A stretch of DNA of 63,883 nucleotides, the filler included, from Hausera hauseri (taxonomy: Eukaryota), in the NCBI GenBank assembly GCA_046269625.1. It is 11 parts of 11 records of this genome, joined end to end, with 100 filler letters (N's around TTAATTAATTAA, not from the genome) between each part and the next. Parts side by side here need not be neighbours in the genome. Positions count along the whole stretch, not along the records: positions 19,386 to 25,504 come from JBJURY010138094.1; positions 25,605 to 29,639 come from JBJURY010804421.1; positions 29,740 to 38,874 come from JBJURY010449912.1; 8 more parts are not named here. One strand, written 5' to 3'. This document shows positions 22,512 to 34,570 of this stretch, one piece after another; position 1 is the first letter of the stretch; every line of letters starts with the position of its first letter. Both the position numbers and the translations under genes were made by a program. Under the pieces are notes generated by a model. It searched no databases and was not told the DNA's origin. It saw only the letters and a list, made by a program, of their open reading frames with translations.

Positions 22512-25493
22512 TTAGGGCTTATATTGAAATTCGATATTATATCGTGAGATTTCTTCGATCCAGCGATTTAATCTGCATGTTGGGTTAATAGCTCGTCCCT
22601 TCAAGGTCGTGACAGCCTTGTGATCAGTGACCATAATAATTTTCTGTCCATAGACATAAACGTTAAAATATCTTAAGGCTTCTTTTACACCTAATTTTTC
22701 TAGTTCCGTAACTGAATAATTTTTCTCGGCCTTTTTGAGTGATCGTCCGCCATATGCGATCGGATGCTTTAATTCTTCATCCTCTTGTTTTTGGGCTAAC
22801 TCATAGCCAATTCCTTCTTTGCTTGCGTCTGTTTTAATTATAAACGTTAAGTTGAAATCGGGATATCTTAATACTGGTTCGCTTGTTAAAATTTTCTTCA
22901 TTTCATCAAATGCCCTTTGTTTGACATCGGTCCATTTCCATTTGATTCCCTTTTTTAACAATCGATATAATGGTGCATTGATTTTTGAATTGTCCGGCTC
23001 GTAGGTAGCGTAATATCCACATAATCCTAGCCAATGCCTTAATTCTTTCTGATTTTGAGGTTTCATGCAGTCCGATATTTTATTTAATAGGGATTTATCT
23101 GGTTTTGACCCTCCTTCTCCGACTATGTGTCCGAGATAAGATACGGCATTCTGCGCCCATTTGAATTTCTTAGGATTCAGTTTCAATCCTGCCTGTTCTA
23201 ATCGCATAAGGGTATCTTCGATATCCTTTAGATGTTCCTCTTCGGTTTTTGATGCTATCATTACATCGTCCAGGTAGGCAAATGCATGATCAAGTCCCAT
23301 TAACATTTTGTTCATCATCCTGGTGAATATAGCTGGGCCAGTTGTTATACCGAATGGCATGACATTAAATTCGTAAACTCCATCGTGTGTTTTGAACGCT
23401 GTTTTATATCGGTCATCTTCCTCAATTTCTACTTGCCAGTAACCGGATTGTAAGTCCAGTGTGGTGAACCATTTTGCTCCTGATAATCTATCCAGTGCTT
23501 CTTTTACAGACGGTAATGGAAACGAATCTTTCATCATCAGAGTGTTTAAGGCCCTATAATCTATACAAAATCGATGTTTGGTAGTACCTTTCTTTTTAAC
23601 CATCAGTATTGGCGAATACCATGATCGGTAGCTTGGTCGTATTATATCGGCTTTTAACATACGTTCTACTTCTTTAGTAATTTCAGGTCTCAGTGAATGA
23701 GGTGGCGGGTACCATTTAGGCATTTTCTGTTCTTCCAGATCAATTTCTTCATTGGAGCCAGGTTTCTTCCTTAATGGTATCGTTAATCTGAGGGCCTTTG
23801 CCCGGCCTATATCTTCTTCATTTTGGGCAATAATCGATTTGTATTTGCATAATAGTTCATAAAATTGACAATACACTTCTGGAGAAAATTTGGTTTCAAC
23901 ATGAGGTGGGAATTCGGCGTATTTGTACGGTTTTTCTTCGATTGTTATAGCTGACACCTTATAAGTGTGACCCAATGTCGTGTTAGCGTACAACCTTACA
24001 GAGGTTGGTGCGTTATTCACCAACCTAACGGGTACTCGTCCTGTCGTTACCCGTGTCAGAATGTTACTGAGGATAATATTTGGGTTTAGGTCTTCTTGTG
24101 GTTCAAAGTATACCGGTTGATCATCCTCTTCTCGTATTTGAGCATAAATTAACATCTCAGTTCGAGGTGGGATATTTTCGTCTACGGGAATCCATACTTC
24201 TCCCAATTTTCTTTCTTTCACGGTTTTGATCCCTCTTACTGGTCCGAGTTCCATCAACTTTCCGGTTTGTAAGTTTATTGCAATGTTAGGTAGTTGTTTC
24301 AATATATCGTAACCCAATACTACGTCGTCCGTTAGTTGATCCATTATGGCAAATTCATGCTGGAGGGTCTGACCCAATAAGTCAACTATAGGACTCCATT
24401 TAAATTTTGGCTTAGATTCCTGCCCGAAGGCTCCTATACTGCTTGGATCTGCCGAAGACGTTGGTTGTAACTGTTTTCGTAGTATCGGTGGTATTGATTC
24501 TAATTTGATGAAGGACTTCTCCGATCCTGTGTCCACTAAGGCATATACCTCCCAGTCTTCAATGGTAACTTTTGTAAAGGGTCTTCCTTCCACAACTGTC
24601 CCATAACAATTCGATACATCCTTGGGGCGTCTGATTGAAGAAATCTTATGTCCGTTAATCGTTATTTCTGGTGACGAAACAATATTCTCCGTTAGCTGTT
24701 TTAGTTCTCCGTTTGGATATAGATTATTGTTCACTATGCTACTTTCATTGTTTTTAATTAATGGTTCTTGAATTCTTGAGTTTGAAAACGATCTCGTTCC
24801 ATGAGTCTCCCAGATTGTCGATTTGGATTCTATATTACGAGGTATTCTTGACGAGTATATTATTCCATGATCATCTTCCGCTCGCCGTTGGTTAGCAATC
24901 TGCGTTTTCTTTAACACTCCGTACTGCTTTGTTCCTTCATAAGGGTCTTCAAAGTGAAAGGGATTCTGACAAAATGCTGATCTGTATGACATCGTAGAAA
25001 ACTTATCACAATCTTCGTATACCGGAGCTGTTGGCGGCATTATGGGCAATGGTGCTTTAATCACCGAATACATTTTGTGTCTATTTTGTTTAGGGAGGGC
25101 TTCTCCTCCCTTAGGCTCGTCATCATCTGAGTCATCTCTTCTAGTTATTATTTTCTTAGTTTTACGTTTCGATAGGAAGAAGGGTCTTGTTCGCCGCTTG
25201 TAATTGTGGTAGCCAACATGTCGTTCCACGTCGTTTTTCCATCGATTTTCTTCATAGGCTTTAAGCATTTTACCGAAAGGTGTGATAATTGCTCTTAAAA
25301 TTTTGCAAGAAAATCCTGTCAACGTGAATATTTCATATCCATTTATAATTGCTTGGATTACGGCCTTCACTAATTGTACCATAAAATAGATTGCTAAGAA
25401 TCCGGATGCAGCTTGTCCAAAAATCAAAAATCTTCCCCAAATTTTGTAGAGTATTTCCGTAGTTACTCGTTGATAGTGATTTACTCCTAACAA
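22512..25493 (-). CDS. pol: Polyprotein segment: glycoprotein TM/tail, aspartic protease, dUTPase-like spacer, reverse transcriptase, RNase H
   Basis: 993-aa open ORF: WGRFLIFGQAASGFLAIYF (TM), ALVDTGS (DTG 24525-24533), RFCIDYRALN, MPFG, YLDD (23265-23276), TDASKEGIG, TDHK. Confidence 0.95.
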   Translation of the reverse strand: MLGVNHYQRVTTEILYKIWGRFLIFGQAASGFLAIYFMVQLVKAVIQAIINGYEIFTLTGFSCKILRAIITPFGKMLKAYEENRWKNDVERHVGYHNYKRRTRPFFLSKRKTKKIITRRDDSDDDEPKGGEALPKQNRHKMYSVIKAPLPIMPPTAPVYEDCDKFSTMSYRSAFCQNPFHFEDPYEGTKQYGVLKKTQIANQRRAEDDHGIIYSSRIPRNIESKSTIWETHGTRSFSNSRIQEPLIKNNESSIVNNNLYPNGELKQLTENIVSSPEITINGHKISSIRRPKDVSNCYGTVVEGRPFTKVTIEDWEVYALVDTGSEKSFIKLESIPPILRKQLQPTSSADPSSIGAFGQESKPKFKWSPIVDLLGQTLQHEFAIMDQLTDDVVLGYDILKQLPNIAINLQTGKLMELGPVRGIKTVKERKLGEVWIPVDENIPPRTEMLIYAQIREEDDQPVYFEPQEDLNPNIILSNILTRVTTGRVPVRLVNNAPTSVRLYANTTLGHTYKVSAITIEEKPYKYAEFPPHVETKFSPEVYCQFYELLCKYKSIIAQNEEDIGRAKALRLTIPLRKKPGSNEEIDLEEQKMPKWYPPPHSLRPEITKEVERMLKADIIRPSYRSWYSPILMVKKKGTTKHRFCIDYRALNTLMMKDSFPLPSVKEALDRLSGAKWFTTLDLQSGYWQVEIEEDDRYKTAFKTHDGVYEFNVMPFGITTGPAIFTRMMNKMLMGLDHAFAYLDDVMIASKTEEEHLKDIEDTLMRLEQAGLKLNPKKFKWAQNAVSYLGHIVGEGGSKPDKSLLNKISDCMKPQNQKELRHWLGLCGYYATYEPDNSKINAPLYRLLKKGIKWKWTDVKQRAFDEMKKILTSEPVLRYPDFNLTFIIKTDASKEGIGYELAQKQEDEELKHPIAYGGRSLKKAEKNYSVTELEKLGVKEALRYFNVYVYGQKIIMVTDHKAVTTLKGRAINPTCRLNRWIEEISRYNIEFQYKP

Positions 25494-25604
25494 TGATTCC
25501 CATTNNNNNNNNNNNNNNNNNNNNNNNNNNNNNNNNNNNNNNNNNNNNTTAATTAATTAANNNNNNNNNNNNNNNNNNNNNNNNNNNNNNNNNNNNNNNN
25601 NNNN

Positions 25605-27050
25605 TAATTAGACGCTCAAAGTTCTTTATCCAAAAATAATGTTTCTTATCGCCATCATCTAGTAGGAGCAGATACCTATCATCTTCCAAATGAGCATCAC
25701 ATATTTCCAAGGGGTAGAATTTATTATCCTTATCCAATCCAAAGATATTGATGGACATGTTGTTGATGCAGCTGAACTTCTTGATTTCATCTAAGGATGG
25801 AGGGAAGGTGATACACTGAAAGTCGTAGTTGTGTTGAAGATCATTATATAATAAAACACGGTAAGCATGCTTTTGATCCGTTACCAGTTTTTATAGAATT
25901 GCATACATGAAAAACATGTTGCCATTATTATAGACATTAATGCAAGCATTTCTCTGCCGAATCCATTCCGGAAGCTGTATATATGAACTGCCTTGCATGG
26001 GCGAGTATCTGTGTACATATATAAGCAGTCTCTTGATGGTTTCCAGAACCCATCCACTCTTCTTATCCTGGCTCTCATCGTCTTCACGGATCAGCTTCGT
26101 ATGCTCTTAATGCAGCCATTCAGGTATATTTATGTTTTCCAATATGGGCCTATTTTGGTCTTGAAGGCCCTATTTGATTTTTCAGCATCGACATTGACGC
26201 ATGTGGCCTCAAGTTTCATACTAACCTTAAGGGCCTTGAGCTCAGTCATATAGTCCTGTAGGATTCCATCTGTTTCTTCCTTTGCATATTCCAGAAACTC
26301 CTTGATGGTTCTTTGTCCAGTTGCATCAATGACATGTTTGCGGACTTTATCATTTAATGCAGCAGCATCAACTCGTCTCTGTCTTTGGCTTTTTGGCGCA
26401 GCCGCTACGCCTGTTGAGCCTGAGACATCTGATAGGTCTGATGGGCGTTTTAATCCTGAATCTCTATGTATTGCTACAGGCTGTACTACTGCATGGTGTA
26501 TTGCAGGCTGTACTGCTGCATCTGGCTGTACTGTGGACTGCACTGCGGACTGTACTGCGGATTGTACTGCTGATTGTACTGTGAACAGTACTGCCGACTG
26601 TACTGCGGACTGTGCAACTAGCTTATGATCATTAAATATGATTATCTTGGACTTTGATGCGAAGTCAGTCAAATGATTCTTGTGACCTTCATAGAACTGT
26701 ATGTATTCCCCATCACATACAAGCTCACATCCTGGGCAAATATAATAGAGGATTCTATTGAATTTGTGGCCATAATAGCTCCTCATGGTATTGTGTCAAT
26801 TCTCAGGGTATATGTGCAATACACATATGAACTGCAGCTTTGGTTTTTCTTTGACACAAAAGACGTTATTGGCATATTGGTACTCAACATTTGTTTTTTC
26901 GACTTGGCGAAGGAAATCAAGGGCTATTTATGGACATTGTAAAATTCCTCGTACCCTATCCTACACACTACCTCACATGTAGGGCATATATAATACTGAA
27001 CCTTGTTGAACATATGCCCAAAGTATTTCATCATAATACTATGGTAATTT
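25605..27050 (-). pseudogene. N-terminal part of a second-family Polinton pPolB with duplicated CxxC..H zinc-finger-like modules
   Basis: YYICPGC and YYICPTC modules, KALKVSMKLEA..RAFKTK, KKSGW, GSSYIQLPEWI, SINIFGLD..YPL..LLLL..HYFWIKNFERLI. Confidence 0.85.
26490..26620 (-). repeat. 12-bp coding tandem repeat (AVQS)n inside pPolB
   Basis: AQSAVQSAVLFTVQSAVQSAVQSAVQSTVQPDAAVQP in ORF 26130-26786. Confidence 0.85.
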
Positions 27051-27399
27051 TTTGGCTCATGGATTGGAGCCAAGAACTCTCTGTAAAGTTTGCACATCTA
27101 AACAAAGCAATTATTTGATGAACACAAATAAGAAAACTTACCATTCGCAGAAGTGCGTTTGGAAATAATAAAAAATATTGTTATGTCAACTTGCACCATC
27201 TAATTTTTATAATTGATGCAGTAAAACAGAACACGTGTACGGAAATAATTGTGATGCAGTGAAAATCAAAACACTTAAAGAAATAATTTTAATGGTGGGG
27301 TAAATTTGGCACTGCATATTGTTGCCAAAATGTTGTATTGTTAACATAATGTACATTTGTTTTAATGCATCAAATGCATGAACTTGTCACGTAATTATA

Positions 27400-29130
27400 C
27401 CACCGTATTGCTTGTCAAAATCATGCGTTTGTTTTAATGCATCAAATGATTTAAATATGTGGCGGCGCCATATTCGAATAGGTTTTCGTATATGCGGAAT
27501 CGATTAAAGCCATCACATTCTTCGAATAATGCTTGCTTGACCAAATATTCGAGTTCGATTCGATATTTATTCGAGTTCGAATAATATATTCAAATATCTG
27601 ACACTAGCTTTGGATTCTCCACGTATGCATTCCTATCCACGTGCGCTTAAAGATTTATTGGTTTCAATGTGCTTCACCTTCAAAATCACCTCAACTGCTT
27701 AATCAATATAAGAATTACTTTGTATTTAACGAGTACTTTTAACATATTGGAAAAAACTTGTTTTTTATACACGTTAATGCAATGCACCGCACTAATCTTG
27801 ATTGCTGTATAGGTTTTCCATCATGGGCAATCGAATGCCATCATTAGATTTTTTCAATAAGGCATGCTTCACCGAGTTTTCGAGTTCGAATAGCCAAGTA
27901 TTTGACTTGCAAGTTCGATTTCGAATACCTGATGTCATATTCCGATTTGGCATGCACGACTTTCTATCCAGACCCGCTATTAGATTTATCGATTTCCGCT
28001 TCAATGCGCTTAAAATGCACTTTTGCTTAATTCAAAATATTGATTTTATGCCTACATAGTACATTTTCATGCACGTAGGGGTTTTCGAATACGATGAATC
28101 GATTTCCGCTGTTAGATTTTTCGAATAGTTCGAACTTCGATTTTCGAGTTCGAAAATCTTCGAATTTCGAACTTTCGACTCGATATTCGAGTTCGGCATA
28201 CTCGATTTCCTATCTGTCCCCGCTCAATGTTGGGTCAAATTTTGCTTCCAACGGCTTAAATAACATGTTGAAAATATAGCCAATTTGCACTTTGGTTCGA
28301 TAGTAATCAATAACTAATTAATAAATTTAAATTCTATGTGCACATTCATATAATACATCATGTTTGCTTCCGATTGCACCCGGTCACAAGTGTTAATTAT
28401 CCATATTGGATTTATCGGAAATTCGATATTATTGATTTTGCACACTTTCACACATGTTTTTGCACTGCACACCACATATCAAGGTGCATCTCGATCTGCT
28501 CTATCTAACTGCACTTCTCCCCGATCAATTCCATCAATCTTACGCTGCACAACTCAAACAGTGCGCAAAGGGAAAAAGTGCTCCTGCACACCGATCAATA
28601 AACACACCAATCTCGATTAGTGCACAATTCGATACTAAATCAAGTACTGCACACGCCAGTATATGTGCCATATTCATATCATTGATTTAAAATTTATAGC
28701 GGAAAGACCTGTGGCGGTTCTGCCCCACTTGCGAATTATTCGACAACCAATCAATCGATTTAAATTCTAACTGCACATTCACAAACAACATAATGTGTGC
28801 TTCCGATTGCACCCGGTCCCGAGTGCCAATCATCGATTTTAAAAATATCAGAAATCCAATATTATTGATTTTTGCACACTTGCACTTGCACCAATCGATG
28901 TGCACTGAAGCGCACTATCGATTAGCACTTTATCCAGATCGATTCGATCAATAGTGCACTGTACAGCGATCGATATGTGAAAAGTGCTCTTAGCAACGAT
29001 GCCTAGCAGCACAGTTTCCAGGCACTTTTTTGATCGGTTGTGCTCTGGGTGCACTATCGATTGGCACGTGTGCAAAATCGATTTATCGATTACCCCCCCC
29101 CCGTGGGACCGAAAGCACATTTTCGCACTA
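27400..29130. repeat. Non-coding region rich in TCGA/TGCA/ATCGAT, probable Polinton terminal region
   Basis: Upstream of pPolB; internal repeat ATGT.TGCTTCCGATTGCACCCGGTC near 28360 and 28793; poly-C near 29093, after which composition changes. Confidence 0.45.
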
Positions 29131-29859
29131 TTTCAGTGAAATTGACAGTAGCCAAGTGTGAAGCGAAACGCTGAGGTCCAAACAGCAACAATCTCAACCG
29201 GTACAAGAACAAAAACTCCACAATTATCATCCGATTCGTTTCAAATACCAAAACACAAACAAACCATTCCAATCAGCCGAAGTCGTTCAGCTAAAAGAGC
29301 AGACATCGACGTCGATAATCATCAGTTATGATTCGGCTGTCAGCATTTGCAACAACAGTCTTGAACTCGATCCGCCAATTGTCCGATCCGATTTCAGCAA
29401 TAACGAAATTATCAGATCACCGAACAGTAAATTAAACTCAACGACCATTTTTAACTGTACAACTCCATTAATCAATAATGACATATTTCCCCAATGATTG
29501 TCTTTTGACATCATCTTGCTTACTTCCTATGGTTATGATTGCATATTGTTCATGTACGGCTGTGCTACACAAACACACACGCGTTTATACACATACAATG
29601 TTTTATAGGTCTCGTTGAATTGCCTTTGTTTATGTACCANNNNNNNNNNNNNNNNNNNNNNNNNNNNNNNNNNNNNNNNNNNNTTAATTAATTAANNNNN
29701 NNNNNNNNNNNNNNNNNNNNNNNNNNNNNNNNNNNNNNNAAACATTTTCTCTGTCTGATGACAGGATAACCTGATCTGTAATTGTCAGGTTATGCTATCA
29801 TAAAGTCCGTCTCGGTCCCTTTTACCCGTTTATATCCTTTTCGATTTTTACAGCGTTTA

Positions 29860-31110
29860 TTACAATTTTTTTAAATGAGGAAAATCATCGCCATTAATGT
29901 GACAAGAACGAAAATTGACAAACTAAACAGCTGTTATCGCTAAATTGTTTGGCTCAATGGAACCCTTTGTGATAAACGTATTTTGAGTACTAAGATCTTT
30001 ATGCTGCATTACCTCAATTTTGTTGTGAAGAGTTCGTACTGTAAAAGTCTTAGGGTTTTTACCTTTTGCGGCAATTCGGATTATATAATTATGCTGTGGT
30101 CGTAATGATTTCATTCGGTTTCCTGACTATTCTTTTTTAGGATTATAATTTGATTGGTGTGCAGGGTGCGACATTCAATTTTGACGTCTTAATTTAATGT
30201 TTCTTCAGCGTAAGATAGAATTTTATTACTTTTTGCCAAAATCTTAACCGGTATGCTCCCTAGTTCTTTTTCGGGCATTTCATCTGAACTGACGATCGCA
30301 GTAGTGAGAGTGGTACTTGGAACAGTGGACGGTTTTCTCATAGTAATTTGAAACGGAAGCTTCCATATTCCGATTTTTGGGCGGTATCCTCGTAAATAAA
30401 TACTCGGTGCTTTAGGGTAAGTGTTGTACAGATCGAACTGTAATTGTTAGTTGTGTCCTAACTGTAATATACAGCACACAGTAAGCCGTCGTCGTGCGAT
30501 ATAACAATACGCCGGAATAGGAACCAAGGGGTTCAGTGGTATACATCGGACGGAAATTTGTCTGTCTCCTGGCAGTTTTATTTTGGTCTCAATTCAAATA
30601 CATAGGTTCTTTAAGTCTCTGGAAATCCTAATAATGTTATAATCTAAGAGCCTTTTAAATGGGTCAGTATTATGGATTATGGCATCCGTCTTGACTCGAT
30701 TCGTGTCATTTCGTTGAGGCATCCTTATCAGAAGTTCAGTAATTATATAGGCTTTAGCTCCGGGCTGATTATAATAGAAAATTTACAATCTGTATCGGTA
30801 TGTTCGTCCGAAATCCAATATACAACATTCCCTATGAGTTCCATACGGAGAATCGCATGTTTTCGTCGTGGATACAGTTACAAATATTATTTGAAATTTT
30901 ATACGACTCTGAATACGTTCACTTGCCTCAAACCATCACACGGTTTGCTCCAATCCATATCGTATACTCTATGTGACTGTAAGTTCTGGATATCCTTTTG
31001 TTATGCCGCATATTGTAGTTTTTCGGTTAGGGTTATTGACCTTGTCTTTGGTATATACCAAATGATTAACGATAGAGCGAGAACTAATTATACATACGAT
31101 ATTGGTCAAG
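29860..31110 (-). pseudogene. Signal + FN3-like ectodomain + TM, copy B
   Basis: PISYVxLVLALSLI signal, Cys pairs, LRPQHNYIIRIAA FN3 signature, hydrophobic end. Confidence 0.7.
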
Positions 31111-31149
31111 TCACTATCGACGACGTTTTCTTTTCTTTATTTGTATAGT

Positions 31150-34100
31150 CCAATTTTGCTTTGCTCGAACGCAAATTATAGCGTTTGTTTGATCTTATTT
31201 TCGTTTTAACTACTCTCTGGATTGATATGACCTCCTCCTTGCCATTTTTGTTGATATAAACTGTGTTTGGTGTGGTTTTGGTAACTTCGTAAGGTCCTCT
31301 GCCTGTTCTGGTAAGCTTAAGAGATGTGCCTTTCTTTGCCACTGAGTAATGTACGTAAACCCAATTTACTGATTCAAAGTCGTATGGTTTAGACTTCTTG
31401 CCATATTGCCCTTTATATTGATCCTCGTATTTGCTGGATAATTCCAGGGCTATTTCCAAACACTTGTGTAATCTCAATTGTAATACTTCAACAAAGTTTT
31501 GCTCTAAGTTTTCCGTTCTGGTTGTATATGGAATCAGTCCTAAATCTGTAGGTAATCCTCAATTTAAAAAACGGGGTAAATCCTGTTGCAGGATGTGGGG
31601 TAGTATTAATGGCAAACTGCGTACCTTCCAAAAATCGTCCCAATCCTTCTGGTCTTTTGCGACTACTGTCAATAAAATTCGTATAGCTGTCGCGTTTATT
31701 CTTTCAACCAGTCCGTTACATTGAAAATGATAAGCTGTGGTTGTTAGTCGCTTGATTTCAAAAATTTTGGTAATTTTTTCGAACAGTTCGCTCGTAAAGT
31801 TTCTCCTCGGTCTGTCAAAATTTGTTCCTGCGGCCAATATCTGCAAATAATTTTCCGGACTACTACTTCTGCCAGGGTCTCAGCCCTTTGGTCTATTAAT
31901 GCTATAAGCTCGACGAAATAAGTCAATCGGTCTATACATGTCAAAATATATTTATTGCTTTATGAGTCGTAGGTATCGGTCCTACAATATCCATAGACAT
32001 TGCTTACATTGGTCTGTCAAGCACGTTGATGGATTTAAGCTTGGTGATGTAGTTTTTTCACTTTTTTCTGTTTGGTTGCGTATACGTCACAAGCATTTAC
32101 CCAATTTCTCACGTCTATGTAAATGCTCGGCCAGTAATATTTATTTAATATTCTTTTCAATGACTTCTTCCACGACATGTGTCCGGCTAGATAGAGTCGT
32201 GTTCGGCCATTAGAACTTCCGCACGTAATCCTTTTGGTATGACGACTAATTTTCGCCCCTTTTGTTCGTAGTACAACACATTTTCTTGGTTCGAATCTCC
32301 TGCGACGCAGTATTTGTGACCATGTCGTCGTAGGTGTTTCCGTAACTAATGACCCTTTAATGTTTTGTTAGTATCAACGAACTCGATAATTTGTTATATA
32401 ACCTTGTTTTTTTCTGTTCGACAGTAATCTTCAATGCCTTATCCAGTGTGAGAGTCCGTTATCTTTCTACTAAGTCTTCGACGTGGGCTTTTCTCATTAC
32501 CGCAACCGCGCTTGTTTTAGTTTTAAGACTCGATAATGCATCGGCATCGACATGTTTATTTCCGGGCTTGTACTGGAATTAGATATTATAACATGAGATC
32601 TCCTCGATCAATCTGTTGAGTCTACAGGTTGGATTATTTGCGCTACCCTTCAAGGTCGTGACCGCCTTGTGATCAGTGACGATTACAATTTTCTGTACAT
32701 AAATATACACATTAAAATGTCTCATGGCGTCCTTCACCGCTAGCGTTTCCAACTCCGTTACAGTATAGTTCTTCTCGGCTTTCCTTAGAGAGCGCCCTCC
32801 ATATGCTATCGGGTGTTCTAACGCCTCGTCTTCTCGTTTCTGAGCTAGTTCATATCCGATGCCTTTCTTACTGGCATCCGTTTTGATTATGAACGGTAGG
32901 TTAAAGTCGGGATATCTTAAAACGGGTTCACTAGTTAGAATCTTCTACATTTTATCGAAAGCTTTCTGTTTGGCATCGGTCCATTTCCATTTGATCCCTT
33001 TTTTAAGCAAGCGGTACAAGGATGCGTTTATCTTTGAATTGTCTGGCACATAGGTAGTAATACCCACATAACCCCAACCAGTGTCTTAGTTCCTTTTGAT
33101 TCTGGGGTTTCATGCAGTCCGATATTTTATTTAATAATGATTTATCCGGCTTTGATCCTCCTCCTTCGACTATGTGTCCAATCTTATGAGTGTACCGTCA
33201 ATATCCTTTAAATGACCTTTGTCCGTTTTTGAAGCAATCATGACGTTATCTAAATAAGCGAACGCGTGTTCTAGTCCAATTAGCATCTTGTTCATCATGC
33301 GGATAAAGATGGCTGGTCCGGTAGTTATTCCAAATGCATAACATTAAATTCGTATATACCGTCGTGTGTCTTAAATGCAGTTTTATAACAGTCTTCTGCC
33401 TCTATCTCTACTTGCTAATATCCGGATTGTAAATCAAGTGTGGTGAACCATTTAGTTCCAGAAAATCTATCCAGAGCTTCCTTTACCCATGGTAACGGAA
33501 AGGAGTCCTTCATCATAAGTGTATTTAATGCTCGATAGTCGATACAAAATCGGTGCTTAGTGGTACCTTTCTTCATAACCATAAGGATAGGTAAATACTA
33601 AGATCTATAGCTTTGTCTGATTATGTCGGCCTTTAACATTCGTTCAACCTCCTCGGTTATCTCTGGCCTTAACGAGTGTGGATGGGGGGGTACCATTTCG
33701 GTATCTTCTGATCCTCTAAATCTATTTCATCGTTGGACCCAGGCTTTTTCTTAAGTGGGATCGTGAGTCTTAAGGTTTTAGCTGAGCCAATATCTTCTTT
33801 ATCTTTCTCAATGACTGAGCTATAACGACAAAGTAATTCGTAATCGGCAGTATGATTCTGGGGAAAATTTAGTTTCAACGTGGGGTGGAAACTCGGTACA
33901 TTTATAAGGTTTCTTTTCGATGGTGACTGATGATACTCTATACGTGTGTCCCAAAGTGGTATTGGCATATAGTTTGATCGGAGTGGGTGCATTATTCGCT
34001 ATCTTAATCGGTACGCACCCTCTTAATACTCTCGTTAAAACATTACTGAGTACGATGTTTGGATTAAGCGATTCCTTCGACTCAAAATACATTTAGGATC

Positions 34101-34570
34101 GTCATCTTGACGTATTTTAGCATATATTAATATTTCCGTTCTGGATGGTATGTTTTCATCCACGGGAATCCACACGTCTCGGAATTTTCTATCTTTAGTG
34201 GTTGCAACTCCTTTTATTGGGCCAAGTTCTGTCAATTTCCCTGCGTTGAAATCTATTGCTATGTTGGGTAGTTGTCTCAATAGACCGCACCCCAATACTA
34301 CATCATCCGTTAATTGTTCCATTATTGAAAATTCATAATGAAAAGATTGTCCCATTATAGGAATTTCTGGTCTCCACCGGAATTTGCTTTTAGACGATTG
34401 ACCGAAGGCTCCGACACTTCCTGGGTCTGTCGTGGGACGTGGATGTAATTGTTTCCGTAGAAATTGCGGTATTAAATCATACTTTATCAGTGCTATTTCG
34501 GATCCTGTATTTATTAGTGCGTAAACTTCCCAATCTTGAAAGTGAATTTTTGCGAACGGTCTACCTTAGA
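31150..34570 (-). pseudogene. pol: PR-RT-RNase H-IN of copy B, many stops and frameshifts
   Basis: ALINTGS, RFCIDYRALN, YLDN, TDASK, CIDRLT, QCNGLVER, RGPYEV; colinear with copy A. Confidence 0.9.

Larger units (their letters stand above)
19386..25504 (-). mobile_element. Envelope-bearing Ty3/Gypsy-like retroelement, copy A (partial)
   Basis: Glycoprotein TM-PR-RT-RH-IN-FN3 protein in one frame, then the hairpin and the start of the accessory ORF; colinear with contigs 6, 7 and 9. Confidence 0.92.

Noticed and set aside
22323-22514. In-frame stops in copy A as programmed readthrough sites
   Set aside because: Copy C has sense codons at both positions (KPGNKH, FAKK); the stops are copy-specific decay.
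23960-24210. Active dUTPase between PR and RT
   Set aside because: Only the degenerate beta-rich spacer common in Gypsy pol is visible; the catalytic dUTPase motifs are not.
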